From assembly GCA_003151975.1 (NCBI GenBank), contig PLZD01000031.1, positions 6,571-70,570 on the forward strand: a stretch of 64,000 bases of DNA, in the 5' to 3' direction. This stretch comes from Elusimicrobiota bacterium. Lineage in GTDB: Bacteria; Elusimicrobiota; Elusimicrobia; UBA1565; UBA9628. Both the position numbers and the translations under genes were made by a program. How positions within the stretch are numbered: position 1 is the stretch's first letter; each line of letters opens with the position of its first letter. This document shows positions 62,753 to 64,000 of this stretch, in pieces. The notes beneath the pieces were generated by a model. The model worked only from the letters and a program-made list of their open reading frames with translations, was not told the origin of the DNA and did not search any database.

Positions 62753-63889
62753 ATGACAAACCGCGCGATTCGCATCCTTTTGATTGACGACGACGACGAC
62801 GAGGTCGTCTTGCTGCGCGAAATGCTCTCCGCCATCGGCAAGGACGACTATGCCTTGGAACAGGCGGCCACATACGCGGAAGGGCTCGCGGGCCTGCGGT
62901 CCGGACAGCACGACGTCGCTCTTGTAGATTACCGTCTCGGACCCCGGGACGGACTCGATCTCATGCGCGAGGCCAAGAAGCTGGGCTGCCAGACGCCGAT
63001 GATTTTCCTGACGGGCATGGGCCGCCACGAGATCGACCTCGAGGCCATGGGGGCCGGCGCCGTCGACTATTTGGCGAAAGGCAAGGTCGATCCCGAGTCT
63101 TTGGAGCGATCGATCCGGTACGCCGTGGAGCGCAAGACTCTAGAAGCGATGTTCGTCCAATCCGAGAAACTCTCCGCCATGGGCCAGCTCGCCGCGGGGC
63201 TGGCGCACGAGCTCAACAATCCGTTGATGCTGATCATCGGCACAGTCAAGACTTTGCTTGAAGCCGAACCCGTGGACCCGCACCTAGCCGAAGCCTTGAA
63301 GAGGATCGACCGCTCCAGCGAGCGCTGCCGCGAACTCGTGCGCGAGCTGCTGGCCTTCTCTCGCAAGGACGAGTCGCCATCTCACGAATTCGATCTCACT
63401 GAGGCCGTCGTCGCCGCCCTATCATTGGTCAAGACCCAGGCCAAGATACAGGGAGTTGCCATTGAGAACGAAGCGCCCCACATCCCTTTGAAGATTCTGG
63501 GGCATAAAAGCCACATCGAGCAGGTCGTCATCAATCTCTGCAACAACGCGCTCGACGCCATGCCTACGGGAGGACGACTCTCTATCCATCTCGGACGCAC
63601 GCACCGCAAGCAGCGCGATTTCGCGCAGGTTAAGGTCAGCGATACGGGTCCCGGAATACCAGCGAAGCTCATGGGCAGAATCTTTGAGCCGTTCTTCACC
63701 ACCAAGCCCGCGGACAAGGGGACGGGCCTCGGTCTGTCCATCATTCAAAAGTTGGTGCACCAACACGGCGGCGAGGTCGAGGTCGCGAGCGTCGAGAAGA
63801 GGGGCACCTCCTTCACCGTGACCTTGCCGTTGGCCGAGACGAAGCGCTCGCGGAGCACCCGACATGCGACACAAGATCCTGGTCGTTGA
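62753..63889 (+). CDS. Hybrid response-regulator receiver / histidine kinase (REC-HisKA-HATPase_c)
   Basis: [13 protein letters not shown]...DVALVDYRL (REC), [10 protein letters not shown] (H-box), DTGPGI and GTGLGLSI (G-boxes). Confidence 0.9.
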   Translation: MTNRAIRILLIDDDDDEVVLLREMLSAIGKDDYALEQAATYAEGLAGLRSGQHDVALVDYRLGPRDGLDLMREAKKLGCQTPMIFLTGMGRHEIDLEAMGAGAVDYLAKGKVDPESLERSIRYAVERKTLEAMFVQSEKLSAMGQLAAGLAHELNNPLMLIIGTVKTLLEAEPVDPHLAEALKRIDRSSERCRELVRELLAFSRKDESPSHEFDLTEAVVAALSLVKTQAKIQGVAIENEAPHIPLKILGHKSHIEQVVINLCNNALDAMPTGGRLSIHLGRTHRKQRDFAQVKVSDTGPGIPAKLMGRIFEPFFTTKPADKGTGLGLSIIQKLVHQHGGEVEVASVEKRGTSFTVTLPLAETKRSRSTRHATQDPGR

Positions 63890-64000
63890 CGACGAGGCGG
63901 AGAACCGCTCCTTCCTTAAGGGGATTCTTGAGCGGGAAGGTTTCAGCGTCGCGGCCGCGCAGGAGGCCAGAGAAGCCCTCGCCTCGGCCGGGGAGTCCTC
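63864..64000 (+). CDS. Response regulator receiver protein (partial; runs off the window end)
   Basis: [39 protein letters not shown]. Confidence 0.8.
   Translation, partial: MRHKILVVDDEAENRSFLKGILEREGFSVAAAQEAREALASAGES

Overview
High-G+C chromosomal segment from a diderm (Gram-negative-type) bacterium; I cannot assign a phylum from sequence alone. About 65 protein genes are packed tightly, many with ATGA/TAATG-type overlaps.

Gene blocks, in order:
- 1-9 kb: housekeeping and envelope genes (epimerase, DUF885, esterase, acs).
- 9.1-10.4 kb: a small accessory patch (hicBA, a GFA-family gene, a low-GC orphan).
- 10.5-19.1 kb: the classic origin-proximal set rpmH-rnpA-yidD-yidC-jag-mnmE ... 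mnmG. No dnaA and no DnaA boxes were seen.
- 19-30 kb: metallophosphoesterase, ackA, a secreted Cys-phosphatase, two tandem caspase-like lipoproteins, and an MlaC / RND(MMPL-HpnN-like) / MlaA / CpaB-like cluster.
- 30.6-38.5 kb: rsmG, peptidases, a POTRA-less Omp85 and MFS genes.
- 38.5-41.3 kb: a visibly lower-GC islet (YrhB-like immunity-type protein, HEAT-repeat membrane protein, ParE/RelE toxin-antitoxin pair).
- 41.4-53 kb: the dcw cluster mraZ-rsmH-[small ORF + hairpin array]-ftsL-ftsI-murE-murF-mraY-murD-ftsW-murG, which stops at murG.
- 53-64 kb: surE, capA-like, C-N hydrolase, crp/fnr, aspS, a 1.4-kb islet, then envelope genes and a two-component pair.

Most unusual signals:
1. Five perfect GC-rich hairpins between rsmH and ftsL. 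The stems differ from each other but every change is compensated, and the 10-nt loop is conserved.
2. A toxin-antitoxin-only islet with no integrase, bounded by two 49-nt direct repeats equal to the 3' half of a tRNA-Ala(CGC). I could not build an intact tRNA at either copy.
3. A lipid-trafficking-like cluster where an RND exporter sits where the MlaFEDB ABC transporter would be expected.
4. Many genes with a consensus -10 box only 6-9 nt upstream of the start codon, suggesting leaderless mRNAs.
5. A bipartite motif shared by two unrelated intergenic regions.

All homology calls come from recognising motifs in the supplied translations. Nothing was searched or computed.
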